From: Octopus bimaculoides
Lineage: Eukaryota
DNA: 62,702 bases
Assembly: GCF_001194135.2 (NCBI RefSeq)
Contig: NC_068988.1
Location: 60,053,600-60,116,301, forward strand
Reading direction: 5' to 3'
In this document: one piece after another, positions 1 to 11,555 of the stretch
How positions within the stretch are numbered: position 1 is the first letter of the stretch
Layout: the number at the start of each line of letters is the position of its first letter
Program-made: the position numbers and the translations under genes
The notes under the pieces: model-generated
What the model saw: the letters and a program-made list of their open reading frames with translations, nothing else
Database searches by the model: none
What the model was told of the DNA's origin: nothing

Positions 1-850
1 GTGCGAGAGAGTGGTCTGGAGCAGGGGAAGAAGCCAGGCTGGGAGTAGTGGGTAGGAATGAAAGTGTGGATTATGCGGTTATGCAGGTTATGCGCACGCT
101 TCAAGGAGGGAAGGGGTAAGTTAGGGAAGGTATGCGATGTGGAGTGGAGAAACTGAAGACGCTGGAAGGCTCGGAGAATGGTGTGTTGAGCAGTAGGATG
201 GATTGGTGGTAGGTGACGGGAAACGGGAGACGGGTAAGGATGGTGCGGGTGCGAAGAGAAAGGTCAGATGCACGGTGCATGGATCTTGCATGGGCAAGGC
301 ATTGTAGATAATAGTGACAGGATATCCACGTAAGATGAAGTGGCGAGCCATGAGCTGCGACTGAAACTCAAAGCCATCGTCGTCACTGCAGAGCCAGCGT
401 AGACGGATGAATTCGTTGTAACTGTGGGTAGAGTGGGTTAAGGAGAGGTTAAGGTACGAGAAATTCGACGTAAGAGTTAGAGATAGTGTAGGAGAATTTA
501 AGACCAGGATGGAAGGTTTGGCGAAGCGAGAGGAATGAGTCCAGATGTTCGAAGAAGTGTTAGGTCGCGCCGATAGATCTGGCGATATAACGACCGTATA
601 GCTTGGGAGTTGGACCAGTGAATTGTGAGAATATTTGCACCTCAACATAGCCAACGAACAGACTTGTATATTTGGGAGACATCCGGAAACATGTTTGTAT
701 AACTCCTCCGCGAACGTCAGGCAGTTGAGGGAGAGGACAAGTTCAGCCAGACGATGTGTGGAGGCGTCAGGATGAGAGTCAGGCCGAAGGTCAAGGGAGT
801 GCTTAAGCGCAAGTAGTTCTCCGATATGTGGGATCACCGTATATGGGTAT
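1..850 (-). mobile_element. Penelope-like retroelement, decayed reverse transcriptase/thumb fragment
   Basis: Minus-strand translation gives LSLNCLTFAEELYKHVSG (RT motif B-like region) and NEFIRLRWLCSDDDGFEFQSQLMARHFILRGYP, resembling the RLRRLCS...RGYP block of PLE ORFs; frameshifted. Confidence 0.7.
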
Positions 851-3487
851 ATGTATTTATGTGTGTGCGTGTGTGTGTGTGTTATTATGTGTGTGTATGT
901 GTGTGTGCGTGAAATTGTGTTTGATCTCAGAAGTATACACAAGTTTTCATATGTTTCTCTCCCTTACTATCGAGTCATATCTGTGAACGTGATTATCTTT
1001 GTATATGTAGCATTATCTATTTATAAAAGCATGTTTAGTCAATCGAAAATATTAATTTCCTTGGAATCAAGGGAGTATTTGCAACAGATAATCTAGTGTC
1101 CATATAAAAGTAGTAGCAACGAATTATTTCTCATACTGTGTGTTTTTCTGTGTGTGTATGCACATACGGACACATACATATGCATGCATGTNNNNNNNNN
1201 NNNNNNNNNNNNNNNNNNNNNNNNNNNNNNNNNNNNNNNNNNNNNNNNNNNNNNNNNNNNNNNNNNNNNNNNNNNNNNNNNNNNNNNNNNNNNNNNNNNN
1301 NNNNNNNNNNNNNNNNNNNNNNNNNNNNNNNNNNNNNNNNNNNNNNNNNNNNNNNNNNNNNNNNNNNNNNNNNNNNNNNNNNNNNNNNNNNNNNNNNNNN
1401 NNNNNNNNNNNNNNNNNNNNNNNNNNNNNNNNNNNNNNNNNNNNNNNNNNNNNNNNNNNNNNNNNNNNNNNNNNNNNNNNNNNNNNNNNNNNNNNNNNNN
1501 NNNNNNNNNNNNNNNNNNNNNNNNNNNNNNNNNNNNNNNNNNNNNNNNNNNNNNNNNNNNNNNNNNNNNNNNNNNNNNNNNNNNNNNNNNNNNNNNNNNN
1601 NNNNNNNNNNNNNNNNNNNACACACGTATACGTACCATAATCATTTACTTTATGTTGTTTCGTTGGCAACGGAATTTTCAATCACTGATGGAATGTAACA
1701 CACAGACACACACACACACGCACATATATATATATATATATATATATATGACACTAAGAAGAAGAAAACAAAAAAAAATTGTAAATCACTTACCTGGGCA
1801 AACGTGAGGAAAAATAGTTGATCAGATGAAAGTGGCAAGCCAGGTAACATATAGTGAACATTTTGTGATGACTTCCATTTCAAAAAGGCCTAGAGAAGAG
1901 AAAACATTATCAGTGATCAATTTAATAGCATATTTCTGAATCCATTAGTGTCAATTAACGTATATGAAAACGCTTGTACTTGTTACCTCTTCACATATAC
2001 GCAAATGGAACGTCAATCATTTGAAGTACATCTATGGTCGAAGATGCTGTGGCCGTCGATTTCCAGCTTCTTATTTTCATTATTGTTTCTTCATGCACGG
2101 TGCGTTTAAGAATAGCATCTAATGTGTTCTTAACCCGTTTAAGTCACATTACATTTAATTATAAAATATTTTACTAACTCTACTTGTTCCTTCCTTGTGG
2201 CTACTTTTAAAGACAAAACTCGGGCTTCCATTGTAGACTGATAATACGAAATCGTAAACAGTAATCAACATCCCTTTCTTTCCATCTGTCTCTCCATGTT
2301 TCTCACTCGCAGTGACTGATATATATGAAAATATGTAGCGGTATACATACACCGGCATACACACGCATACACACGCATACACACACATATACATATATAA
2401 GTATATATAAGTATATATATATATATATATATATATNNNNNNNNNNNNNNNNNNNNNNNNNNNNNNNNNNNNNNNNNNNNNNNNNNNNNNNNNNNNNNNN
2501 NNNNNNNNNNNNNNNNNNNNNNNNNNNNNNNNNNNNNNNNNNNNNNNNNNNNNNNNNNNNNNNNNNNNNNNNNNNNNNNNNNNNNNNNNNNNNNNNNNNN
2601 NNNNNNNNNNNNNNNNNNNNNNNNNNNNNNNNNNNNNNNNNNNNNNNNNNNNNNNNNNNNNNNNNNNNNNNNNNNNNNNNNNNNNNNNNNNNNNNNNNNN
2701 NNNNNNNNNNNNNNNNNNNNNNNNNNNNNNNNNNNNNNNNNNNNNNNNNNNNNNNNNNNNNNNNNNNNNNNNNNNNNNNNNNNNNNNNNNNNNNNNNNNN
2801 NNNNNNNNNNNNNNNNNNNNNNNNNNNNNNNNNNNNNNNNNNNNNNNNNNNNNNNNNNNNNNNNNNNNNNNNNNNNNNNNNNNNNNNNNNNNNNNNNNNN
2901 NNNNNNNNNNNNNNNNNNNNNNNNNNNNNNNNNNNNNNNNNNNNNNNNNNNNNNNNNNNNNNNNNNNNNNNNNNNNNNNNNNNNNNNNNNNNNNNNNNNN
3001 NNNNNNNNNNNNNNNNNNNNNNNNNNNNNNNNNNNNNNNNNNNNNNNNNNNNNNNNNNNNNNNNNNNNNNNNNNNNNNNNNNNNNNNNNNNNNNNNNNNN
3101 NNNNNNNNNNNNNNNNNNNNNNNNNNNNNNNNNNNNNNNNNNNNNNNNNNNNNNNNNNNNNNAATCACACACACATACACATACACAACACACATACACA
3201 TATACACACATGCACACACGCACACACACCTCTCACATATACAATACACAGTCACATACACATACACACACGCGCACATACAAAATACAGCACGCACAAA
3301 AACATACACATACACACACGCGCACATACAAAATACACACACACACGTACACGTACCCAACACCTACAACCCCACACAAACACACACACGAACACACACA
3401 TACTCAAAAACCGCCTGCTGACCCTCCACCTAACATTCTCCATAAGCATCTACTAACTATTCCTGCTACTAATTCCTTCCACTACGT

Positions 3488-3519
<32 letters not shown>

Positions 3520-3582
3520 TACGCACACACACGTTCTNNNNNNNNNNNNNNNNNNNNNNNNNNNNNNNNNNNNNNNNNNNNN

Positions 3583-3628
<46 letters not shown>

Positions 3629-3904
3629 GTGCGATGTTTAAATTGTCGCCATGTTATATTCTAAAGTTTGTGTCGACTACACAGTATAGTAGAGTCAGTT
3701 GAGTATTCACTTTGCAAGAAATATGTAACCAATATGATGTACTGCCTGGCTTTCGCACCAGAAGCTCCAATGCGAACCTTTCAAATTTATTCGTGTCAAT
3801 CTGGGGACAATGCAATCTAAGAGCATATAACGAGAGTGATAATCATCAAACCTCCAGTCAATATCATGGTGTTTGGACTGATCACTAGCTATGGCAACGT
3901 TATG

Positions 3905-4450
3905 TTTCCATTCGTCTTCCCACACGACCTAAGACTCAAGACAGAGCATACATCGAGTGGCTTGAGCGGGTAGTGCTGCCATGGATCAAGAGGATAGCTG
4001 CTGGAAGACCCTATGTCTGACAACAGGTCTCTGTTCCATGTCACACCAGGAAGAGAAGCCAGTCGTGGCTTTCAGACAATTTCTGTGATTACATTACAGC
4101 TAACATCTGGTGACCTAACTCCACAGACAGCAACCGCCTTGACTGTAATGTGGAGCGGTGTAGAGTGAGAGACTAACAAAGCTCCTTGTAACACCAAAGA
4201 TGAACTGAAGACAAGGATTATGGCACCATTTACCAACTTAAACAAGGAAACAGTCCAGAATAGTCGCAAGAGATGCCGAAATCGTCTGGAGGTCGTGGTG
4301 TTAGCAAATGGCGATATTATTGAATAAATTACTATTTAGTATTTCAAGATATTTTTTATATAATATTGATAAATGTATCTGTTAACATGAGATACCAGTG
4401 TTCTTATAATTTTTTTACATAATTTAGACGATTATATATATCACAGTGCC

Positions 4451-4454
<4 letters not shown>
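3905..4454 (+). mobile_element. Tc1/mariner superfamily (maT/DD37D-like) transposase 3-prime remnant
   Basis: Translation AYIEWLERVVLPWIKRIAAGRPYV*QQVSVPCHTRKRSQSWLSDNFCDYITANIW*PNSTDSNRLDC resembles the WQQDxAPxH...WPPNSPDxNPLD catalytic region; contains stops. Confidence 0.75.
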
Positions 4455-4502
<48 letters not shown>

Positions 4503-4646
4503 NNNNNNNNNNNNNNNNNNNNNNNNNNNNNNNNNNNNNNNNNNNNNNNNNNNNNNNNNNNNNNNNNNNNNNNNNNNNNNNNNNNNNNNNNNNNNNNNNN
4601 NNNNNNNNNNNNNNNNNNNNNNNNNNNNNNNNNNNNNNNNNNNNNN

Positions 4647-4720
<74 letters not shown>

Positions 4721-5321
4721 GCTACTGCAATTTTCGGCTTCATATATTTTGTTTACACAAATCATGTATATGTTCATAACTTTGACATGTGACATGGTTT
4801 TGAATAAACTTGCCATTGAAGTGAATGTGGAAGAATGATTTATTCATTCATTCTGTATTAATTCTAATTAGTTCAAAGGTCTCCAAGAGACGTATTAATT
4901 ATTACACTCTCAATCCACTCCACGTCGGGGAACATAATTTCGATTCAAATGGGAGTATTTCAAGAGTGTTTGCTTTTCATATAATGCCTGCCATATACAA
5001 TGACAAAATCAGTGTCGGTATCACGAGACAATACACATTTCATTTTATAAACGATGTATTTGAATTACATATTAATTATCAGATGAATTACCGAACGAGC
5101 AGCTGCATAAAGTTGTTTACCTTTGGTTGAATAGGTGAGAGTTGAAATAAAGTTGACGTGAACTATACTGATCTTCTATTGATAGAGAGGTCATTACTTG
5201 TATTTCATGAATAATGCAAGACATGTGTAGGAATGTTCTATGTAACAATCGAATATATACAATGTTATCCATTAACTATGCATACGTGTGTGTATATAAC
5301 CATCTATTAGCATATATACAC

Positions 5322-5384
<63 letters not shown>

Positions 5385-5529
5385 CACAAGAGTGGCTGTG
5401 TGGTAAGTAACTTGCTTACCAAACACGTAGTACTAGGTTCAGTCCCACTGACGTGTTTTCTGCTATAGCTTCGGGCCGACCAAAACCTTGTGAGTTGATT
5501 TGGTACAAGGTAACTGAAAGAAGCCCGTC

Positions 5530-5564
<35 letters not shown>

Positions 5565-5735
5565 CCGATGTTTGTGTGTCTACGCTCCGTTAACATAGCG
5601 CTTCGGCAAAAGATACCGATAGAACAAGCACTTGGCTCACAAAAATATGTTCTGGAGTTAATTTGTTCGAATAAAGGCGGCGCTCCAGCATACGCGCAGT
5701 CAAATGACTGAAACATATAGAACAATAAAAGAATA
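5385..5735 (+). mobile_element. tRNA-derived SINE (family A), with internal (TA)n
   Basis: Head GAGTGGCTGTGTGGTAAG...GGTTCAGTCCC with A/B-box-like motifs and tail GTCAAATGACTGAAACA. The same sequence recurs at 10281-10440, 48658-48975 and 55680-55735. Confidence 0.8.
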
Positions 5736-6396
5736 TATGTAAAATCTAGTGATCGAGGTGTAGGAAGAAAATTAGTTTCAGACAATCCGTAGTCAATATG
5801 CAAAAACAACTTTCATGAACTTTAGTTGTTTATTGAGTCGGAAGGGTGTAGATTTTCTTACTTTTATCAAAGAACCCAGGGTGGTTGACTGTGTGAAAAA
5901 GAATGCAGGAGTTACAGAATGGAGTATGGGAAATCCAGGTTACATATGTTTCATAACGAGTAGGGAATCGGAGGTGGCAAAATCCAAATGAAGTTTATAC
6001 TACCGGCTACTCTTCAGGTTTGATCAGATTAAAGGCTATATTGTCGCCATTAGGTACATGCTGATGGACAGATTTAATCGGAATGTGTGGAGGGCACAGT
6101 ATGTGAAGGGTATATAAATGAGGGAAGAAATAAGTAACAGAAGGAGGGAAGAAATAGGAGAAAAATAAATAAATAAAATGAATTAAAGTATAGGGGAGTG
6201 AGGCAATGGAGGAAATGGTTGGGTCGTGTTTTAGCTTAATCACAGAAGTCAACAACGGTATTGGCATTTGAAGAGAAGAGAAATTAGAGGGGAGAAGGTT
6301 GCGAAATATTTATGGTTGGGGGGGGGACATAAGAGAGTATGTATGAATAAAGCAGGCCAGGGTGGGGAGCTTAAGCACGGCTAGTGGTTTTATGGT

Positions 6397-6506
6397 CAAA
6401 AGGTGTAAATTTGCACAAATTGTACTCAGCAAACCTGGTTGCCTACCGAGGAATACATGTGTGTGTTTGTCTAAATTTGTACAAATTGTACAAATTTACG
6501 CCTTTG
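6397..6506. mobile_element. Small foldback / MITE-like element with about 28-bp imperfect inverted repeats
   Basis: CAAAAGGTGTAAATTTGCACAAATTGTAC versus the reverse complement of GTACAAATTGTACAAATTTACGCCTTTG. No clear TSD. Confidence 0.5.
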
Positions 6507-6519
6507 TAATATAATATAA

Positions 6520-7375
6520 TCTACTTTGTGCAGATTCCTCAGGCTCTTTGGGAGAATATTAAAAAGCTGTGGGCCCCTGAATCCCAAACTGTTGCAGTAA
6601 CTGGTTCTGAAGCGCGATGGCATTGCTGGGATCTTTGGCACTATGCAGTGTCGTCCCGTTCTGGCATTGGTGTAGCTTTCAATGCCAAAATTTGGCACAA
6701 TTCCTTCCAGGATCTTCCAGATGTATATTACTGCATACCTCTCCCGCCTTCTCTCCAGGGAGTAGAGTCTTAGCTGTTTCAGCCTTTCCCAGTAGCTGAG
6801 CAGTTGCAAAGAGACAATCTTATTTGTGAATCTCCTCTCGATTGCTTCAATGTCTGCTGTTAATTTCAGANNNNNNNNNNNNNNNNNNNNNNNNNNNNNN
6901 NNNNNNNNNNNNNNNNNNNNNNNNNNNNNNNNNNNNNNNNNNNNNNNNNNNNNNNNNNNNNNNNNNNNNNNNNNNNNNNNNNNNNNNNNNNNNNNNNNNN
7001 NNNNNNNNNNNNNNNNNNNNNNNNNNNNNNNNNNNNNNNNNNNNNNNNNNNNNNNNNNNNNNNNNNNNNNNNNNNNNNNNNNNNNNNNNNNNNNNNNNNN
7101 NNNNNNNNNNNNNNNNNNNNNNNNNNNNNNNNNNNNNNNNNNNNNNNNNNNNNNNNNNNNNNNNNNNNNNNNNNNNNNNNNNNACTGCATATTATTGTCA
7201 TCAGCCCATCTGTAAACTGAGTCCAATTCTTGCTGCAGGTGTGTAACATCACTGGAGTTCTGTATTTTCTGCGAGACTTTTGTATCGTCTGCGTAGCTTG
7301 CAAGAGTGGCTATCCGGGCACTTGAAGGCATATCTGAGAGAGCGACTATAAAAAGCAATGGTCCCAAGACAGTGC
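6520..7375 (-). mobile_element. Non-LTR retrotransposon (CR1/L2-group LINE) RT and C-terminal fragment, interrupted by a gap
   Basis: GTVLGPLLFIVALSDMP...SYADDTKV (YADD motif) and YWERLKQLRLYSLERRRERYAVIYIWKIL in ORF 6471..7418. Confidence 0.85.
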
Positions 7376-7394
7376 CCCTATATATATATAAATA

Positions 7395-7545
7395 TATAGT
7401 TTTAGGGAAAAGAACCAAGTTTCAAGAACTCATCGATGAAAATCCACTATCACATGTAGAAAAATTAATAATTAAAAGCACAATAAATGAGTATAATATA
7501 AAACAAAGTAAATATCATAAGATAATAATAATAATAAATTGATTC
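7395..7545 (+). repeat. Dispersed repeat, copy 1 (probable PLE terminal segment)
   Basis: ATAGTTTTAGGGAAAAGAACC...GAACTCATC...GAAAATCCAC aligns with 37434-37590, which abuts a PLE RT fragment. Confidence 0.6.
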
Positions 7546-7769
7546 TAATTGAGTTTTTACCTGTAATTTTGGATTTTGTCCCTAATATTATTATGATTAT
7601 ATATATATATATATAATATATATATATATATACTCGTTTGCTGGTATCATAGGACATTCAAGGACCAGGCCGAAAAGTGTACACAACCCTGCTCTTACTC
7701 TTCTCTGGGAAACTAGGCCAGGGGACATTGATTCACATTAATGTGCATTTTTTTAAATCCGAGATGCTA

Positions 7770-8660
7770 TTTCTTCAAAGTCCTTTATGGTAGACACGGG
7801 AGTCAGTGTGGGTGTCTGGCCTCGAAGGTTTACTTCCACTATTCCTGGTCTTTCTGACATCTCTCTGCACGCGATGATTCACTCTGCCATTAAAATATAC
7901 GGACAAATAAATCACTCTTACCCTCGCTTTGTCACTCTGTTAGGATTTCAGGTGGACGTTAGAGGACGCCGGCGTTTTGATGGTACAACCTCACTCGCTG
8001 TCTCCCGAAAGGATTCTTCTGTTCCTGTTGTGAGCCCTTCTTTCCTTGTAGATCCTTCGCGTGACTCTTACCACCAGTTACTCACTTCGTTTCCAATATT
8101 CACTGATTTGTTATTTCATCCGTCGAATCCAGCCCATTCCATGAGACATTTCATCACGACTAAGAGACGCTCTGATTTTTCTCGACCGCGCCCGGATCGC
8201 CCGGGTTGAATTCAAGCACATATTACAGCTGGACCTTATTCGTCCCTCTACGAGCGCGTAAGCAGCACCCTTACATATGGCCAAGAAGAATGAAGATGAT
8301 TTTCGACTGGTTGGAGATTTTAGAGGCCTTAATACTGTTACTATTCCAGATCGCTATTCGGTACCAAATGTGCAGGAACATTAGTCTACCCTGCATGCCT
8401 ATAAGTTTTTCTTTTTCTGAAATTGACTTTGTACGCGCGTACCATCAAATTCCTGTCCACCCCGACGATATTCCAAAGACAGCCGTCTCCACAGTTTTTG
8501 GAGTGTTTGACTTCTCATCTATGCCGTTTGGTGTTCCTAAAGCGGCCATCACGTTCCAAAGGTTAATAGATGTGGTCGTTGGACGGTTAGACTTTGTCTT
8601 CGTATATATCGATGACTTTCTAATCGCCAGTAGTACTCCGGACCAGTAACTTCAACACTG
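7770..8660 (+). mobile_element. Ty3/gypsy LTR retrotransposon pol remnant (protease and RT)
   Basis: VDTG protease-like motif; [22 protein letters not shown]; [23 protein letters not shown]...MPFGV...FQRLID...[11 protein letters not shown]. Frameshifts and stops; no LTRs found. Confidence 0.9.
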
Positions 8661-9476
8661 GTGAACATGGCCTTTCACTTGTAAATACGTTTCGTGATTT
8701 ATTCGACTTGTTTATATTTGTGACTTGGAGTAAAATCATTTAAAACTATAGCTTGATTCTGTGGATATTCATTGTACAGCGTTCTTTCTTCGAATGACAT
8801 CATCTATTCCAGCTTTCTGAATGGAGTCGTTATTAGATGGTTTCACCATGTGAGCCACGACAATATATACGTCTGTTTATAATAATATTCATTTACATGA
8901 CTCAAATGGCCTAAAAATAAACACACTAGAAAACATAAACGTACATATGTACACAAAACATACAAATGCTAATACATGCATACATACATATCTACAAACA
9001 CATACAGGCAAAATAAAATATAAATATGAATATATCTAGTAGTGTATATTTAGGTATCTATATACACACACACACACATGCTTACACATACAAACACACA
9101 CACACACATATATGTATATATACACATCATACATCTTTGTGCGTATATTGTGAAGTCGCAACTCCATTGCTGCTCGCTACAAACGAATCGGAATAAGAAT
9201 AAAAGGCGGTAGTTGGAAGAATAAAGAAGTCGTAGAATGGAGGAAAAAGAGAGAGAAATAAAGATAGAAAAGGTAGAAAAAGAGAGAATATAATTGCGTT
9301 CACTAAAGCATCTTACGATAAAGAAAAGGAGAATGAAAAGAAGCGGAACAAATAATAAGGAAAAGAACGCACAAATGAAATATGCATACATACTCACTTA
9401 TGAAAATACATATATACAATAGTAACTTGTTTGTAAACTCGCATACATATAGATAAGCACAAACGCATGAATATAC

Positions 9477-9515
<39 letters not shown>

Positions 9516-9600
9516 ATGAATGACAACAAAGGAATGAGACCTCGATATTGGGTAAATAGAGGATTATTTCTATATGCATAATTTAGGACAAACAGTAAGT
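9516..9600 (+). repeat. Dispersed repeat, copy 1 (second probable PLE-associated terminal segment)
   Basis: GACAACAAAGGAATGAGACCTCGATATT...AGAGGATTATT...ATAATTTAGGACAA aligns with 38665-38752. Confidence 0.6.
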
Positions 9601-10280
9601 TGTCATTATAGTACTCGGAGTTTCGAGTGTTGGAGCGAAGAGCTACAGTGCATGAACAAACGTATGTACATCATAACGGGCATACACCCACGAGCAAATT
9701 TAAAACGGTTTGACTTGTATATGGAATATTGAAATAGTGTAACTTAAAATTGTGGAATGAAAAACATCGAGAATATAATTAAATTGATAGTGTAATAATA
9801 TAATATGATATGAATTTTTACCTCGGCGAAAATTACATGAGAAAACTTACTGACAGCCGAAAATCGCCAAAATGTTTTTACTAAACTCATTAAAATTCTG
9901 TCATCTCTATCGAATTACAGTCAATGATAATAAAAATGAGAAATAAATGCAATGGAAGTAATTCAGTAAACAATAAAAATAGTAATAGAATTATAATAAA
10001 ATAAAATATAGTAAATCCATTTTGCTCTTTGATGTCTCGAAAAGCACATTTTGGTCGACTGTAAATACGCATTATCTATACAACACATACGCATATTAGG
10101 CGATTATAATAATTCTTATAATCTGCATAATATAATTCAAAATGATGAGGTACATGTTGGACTAAATTGCGTTATGAGAAAATCAAATAGCTCAAAAATG
10201 TTTTGAATATGAGATAAAATAATATAACAATAAAATGTACAAACAGTCAAAGGTCTCATTGTAATATATATATACGAGGG

Positions 10281-10440
10281 GATGCTTTCAGTTTCCGTGT
10301 ACCTAATCCAGTCACATTGCTTTGGTCGGCCCGAGCCTATAGCAGAAGACACATGCGCAAGGTGCTACACAGTGGGATTGAACCCGGAAACATGTGATTA
10401 GCATGCAAGCTTCTTATGACACAGCCACTCCTGCGCCTAT
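10281..10440 (-). mobile_element. SINE family A, 5-prime part
   Basis: Reverse complement of the 5385 SINE head (CACAGCCACTCC; TTTGGTCGGCCCGAG). Confidence 0.75.
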
Positions 10441-10535
10441 ATATATATAACTTGCTATTTCCCCAACTCCATAAATTCTCTATTTAATTTGTTTAAAATA
10501 GAATTTAAAATATTTTTTACTAGGAATACATATTT

Positions 10536-10741
10536 CTGCAGTTCTATATTTAAGAGATGAGGAATTATGTACATTATTTACATTTGACGGATATTTCTCC
10601 TCGTTTGTTTGTTTTTTTGTTCTTGTTTTTTTTTTTGTTAACACGACGTTTCGGCTGATATACCCTCCAGCCTTCATCAAGTGTCTTGGGGAAATTTCGA
10701 ACCTGGGTTCTCACTCCTAAGGTAATTTTTTTATGTTGTTG

Positions 10742-10794
<53 letters not shown>

Positions 10795-10872
10795 TTTAAT
10801 ATTATGGTCACTGCCTAGAACCGAACTCGGAATCTTAGGTTTAGTAGCCCGTCCTCTTAACCACTACGCCAT
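10536..10872 (-). mobile_element. Composite SINE-like element: tRNA-like head, (AAT)n linker, hammerhead-containing tail
   Basis: Minus strand reads ATGGCGTAGTGGTTAAGAGGACGGGCTACTAAACCTAAGATTCCGAGTTCGGTTCTAGGCAGTGACC (10872-10806), then (AAT)n, then TACCTTAGGAGTGAGAACCCAGG, the hammerhead motif and AATGTACATAATTCCTCATCTCTTAAATATAGAACTG. The tail is repeated at 11401-11555. Confidence 0.7.
10640..10685 (-). ncRNA. Minimal type I hammerhead ribozyme motif (C3U variant)
   Basis: GACAC-UUGAUGA-A-GGCUG-gagggtatat-CAGCC-GAAAC-GUC-GUGUU: stem I GACAC/GUGUU, perfect 5-bp stem II, palindromic ACGU stem III, GUC cleavage triplet. Confidence 0.7.
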
Positions 10873-10875
10873 AAC

Positions 10876-10987
<112 letters not shown>

Positions 10988-11021
10988 GTAACAATAATAA
11001 TAATAATAATAATAACAATAA

Positions 11022-11289
11022 TAGAGTCAAAACTAAAAGAAGAGTGCCATTTGCTATCTCGTGAACAATATTTCGACATCCTGCGTGTCTTCCACTGGTT
11101 CAAAAAATAAATTTGTCAATCTACTTCATTTTGGTTAATATAGAAAGGATTGAGGTAACTCCTCCTGAAGATATAGAGTCAAAATTATAAGAAGAGTGCC
11201 ATTTGCTATCTCGTGAACAATATTTCGACATCTTGCGTGTCTTCCACTGGTGTCTTCAGGAGGAGTTACCTCAATCCTTTCTATATTAA
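11022..11289. repeat. 77-bp direct duplication (11022-11098 and 11174-11250); the second copy is bracketed by a 39-bp inverted repeat (11135-11173 and 11251-11289)
   Basis: Direct reading: the inverted arms match at 38 of 39 positions; the direct copies differ at only a few positions. Confidence 0.9.
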
Positions 11290-11555
11290 TAACAATAATA
11301 ATAATAATAATGGTAACAATAATAATAATAATAACAACAACAACAACAATGATAATAATAATAATAACAATAATAATAATAATAATGACAACAGCAACAT
11401 CGAAAAATACCTTAGGAATGAGAACCCAGGTTTTAAATTTCCCCAAGACACTTGATAAAGCATGGAGGGTATATCAACCGAAACGTTGTATTAACAATAA
11501 AGAAGATGAGAACAAATATACGTCAATTGTAAATAATGTAAATAATGTAAATACC
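11290..11555 (+). mobile_element. Second, head-less copy of the (AAT)n plus hammerhead-tail element
   Basis: (AAT)n followed by CGAAAAATACCTTAGGAATGAGAACCCAGG...AATGTAAATAATGTAAATA, the reverse complement of 10560-10795. Confidence 0.65.
11447..11492 (+). ncRNA. Degenerate hammerhead motif (U3/A8 core)
   Basis: GACAC-UUGAUAA-A-GCAUG-gagggtatat-CAACC-GAAAC-GUU-GUAUU; stem II pairs at only 3 of 5 positions. Confidence 0.5.

Noticed and set aside
5990-6022. Minus-strand CUGAAGAG near a possible repeat end
   Set aside because: No GAAA strand, and the following sequence is a direct rather than inverted repeat.
7415-7450. Hammerhead-like GAUGAG...GAAAC on the minus strand of the dispersed repeat (also 37455-37490)
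   Set aside because: The core is altered in both copies and no stem II closed by G-C can be formed.
10806-10872. Possible genuine tRNA gene (also 34634-34705)
   Set aside because: No complete acceptor stem or cloverleaf, and it is fused to repeat bodies, so it is treated as a SINE head.
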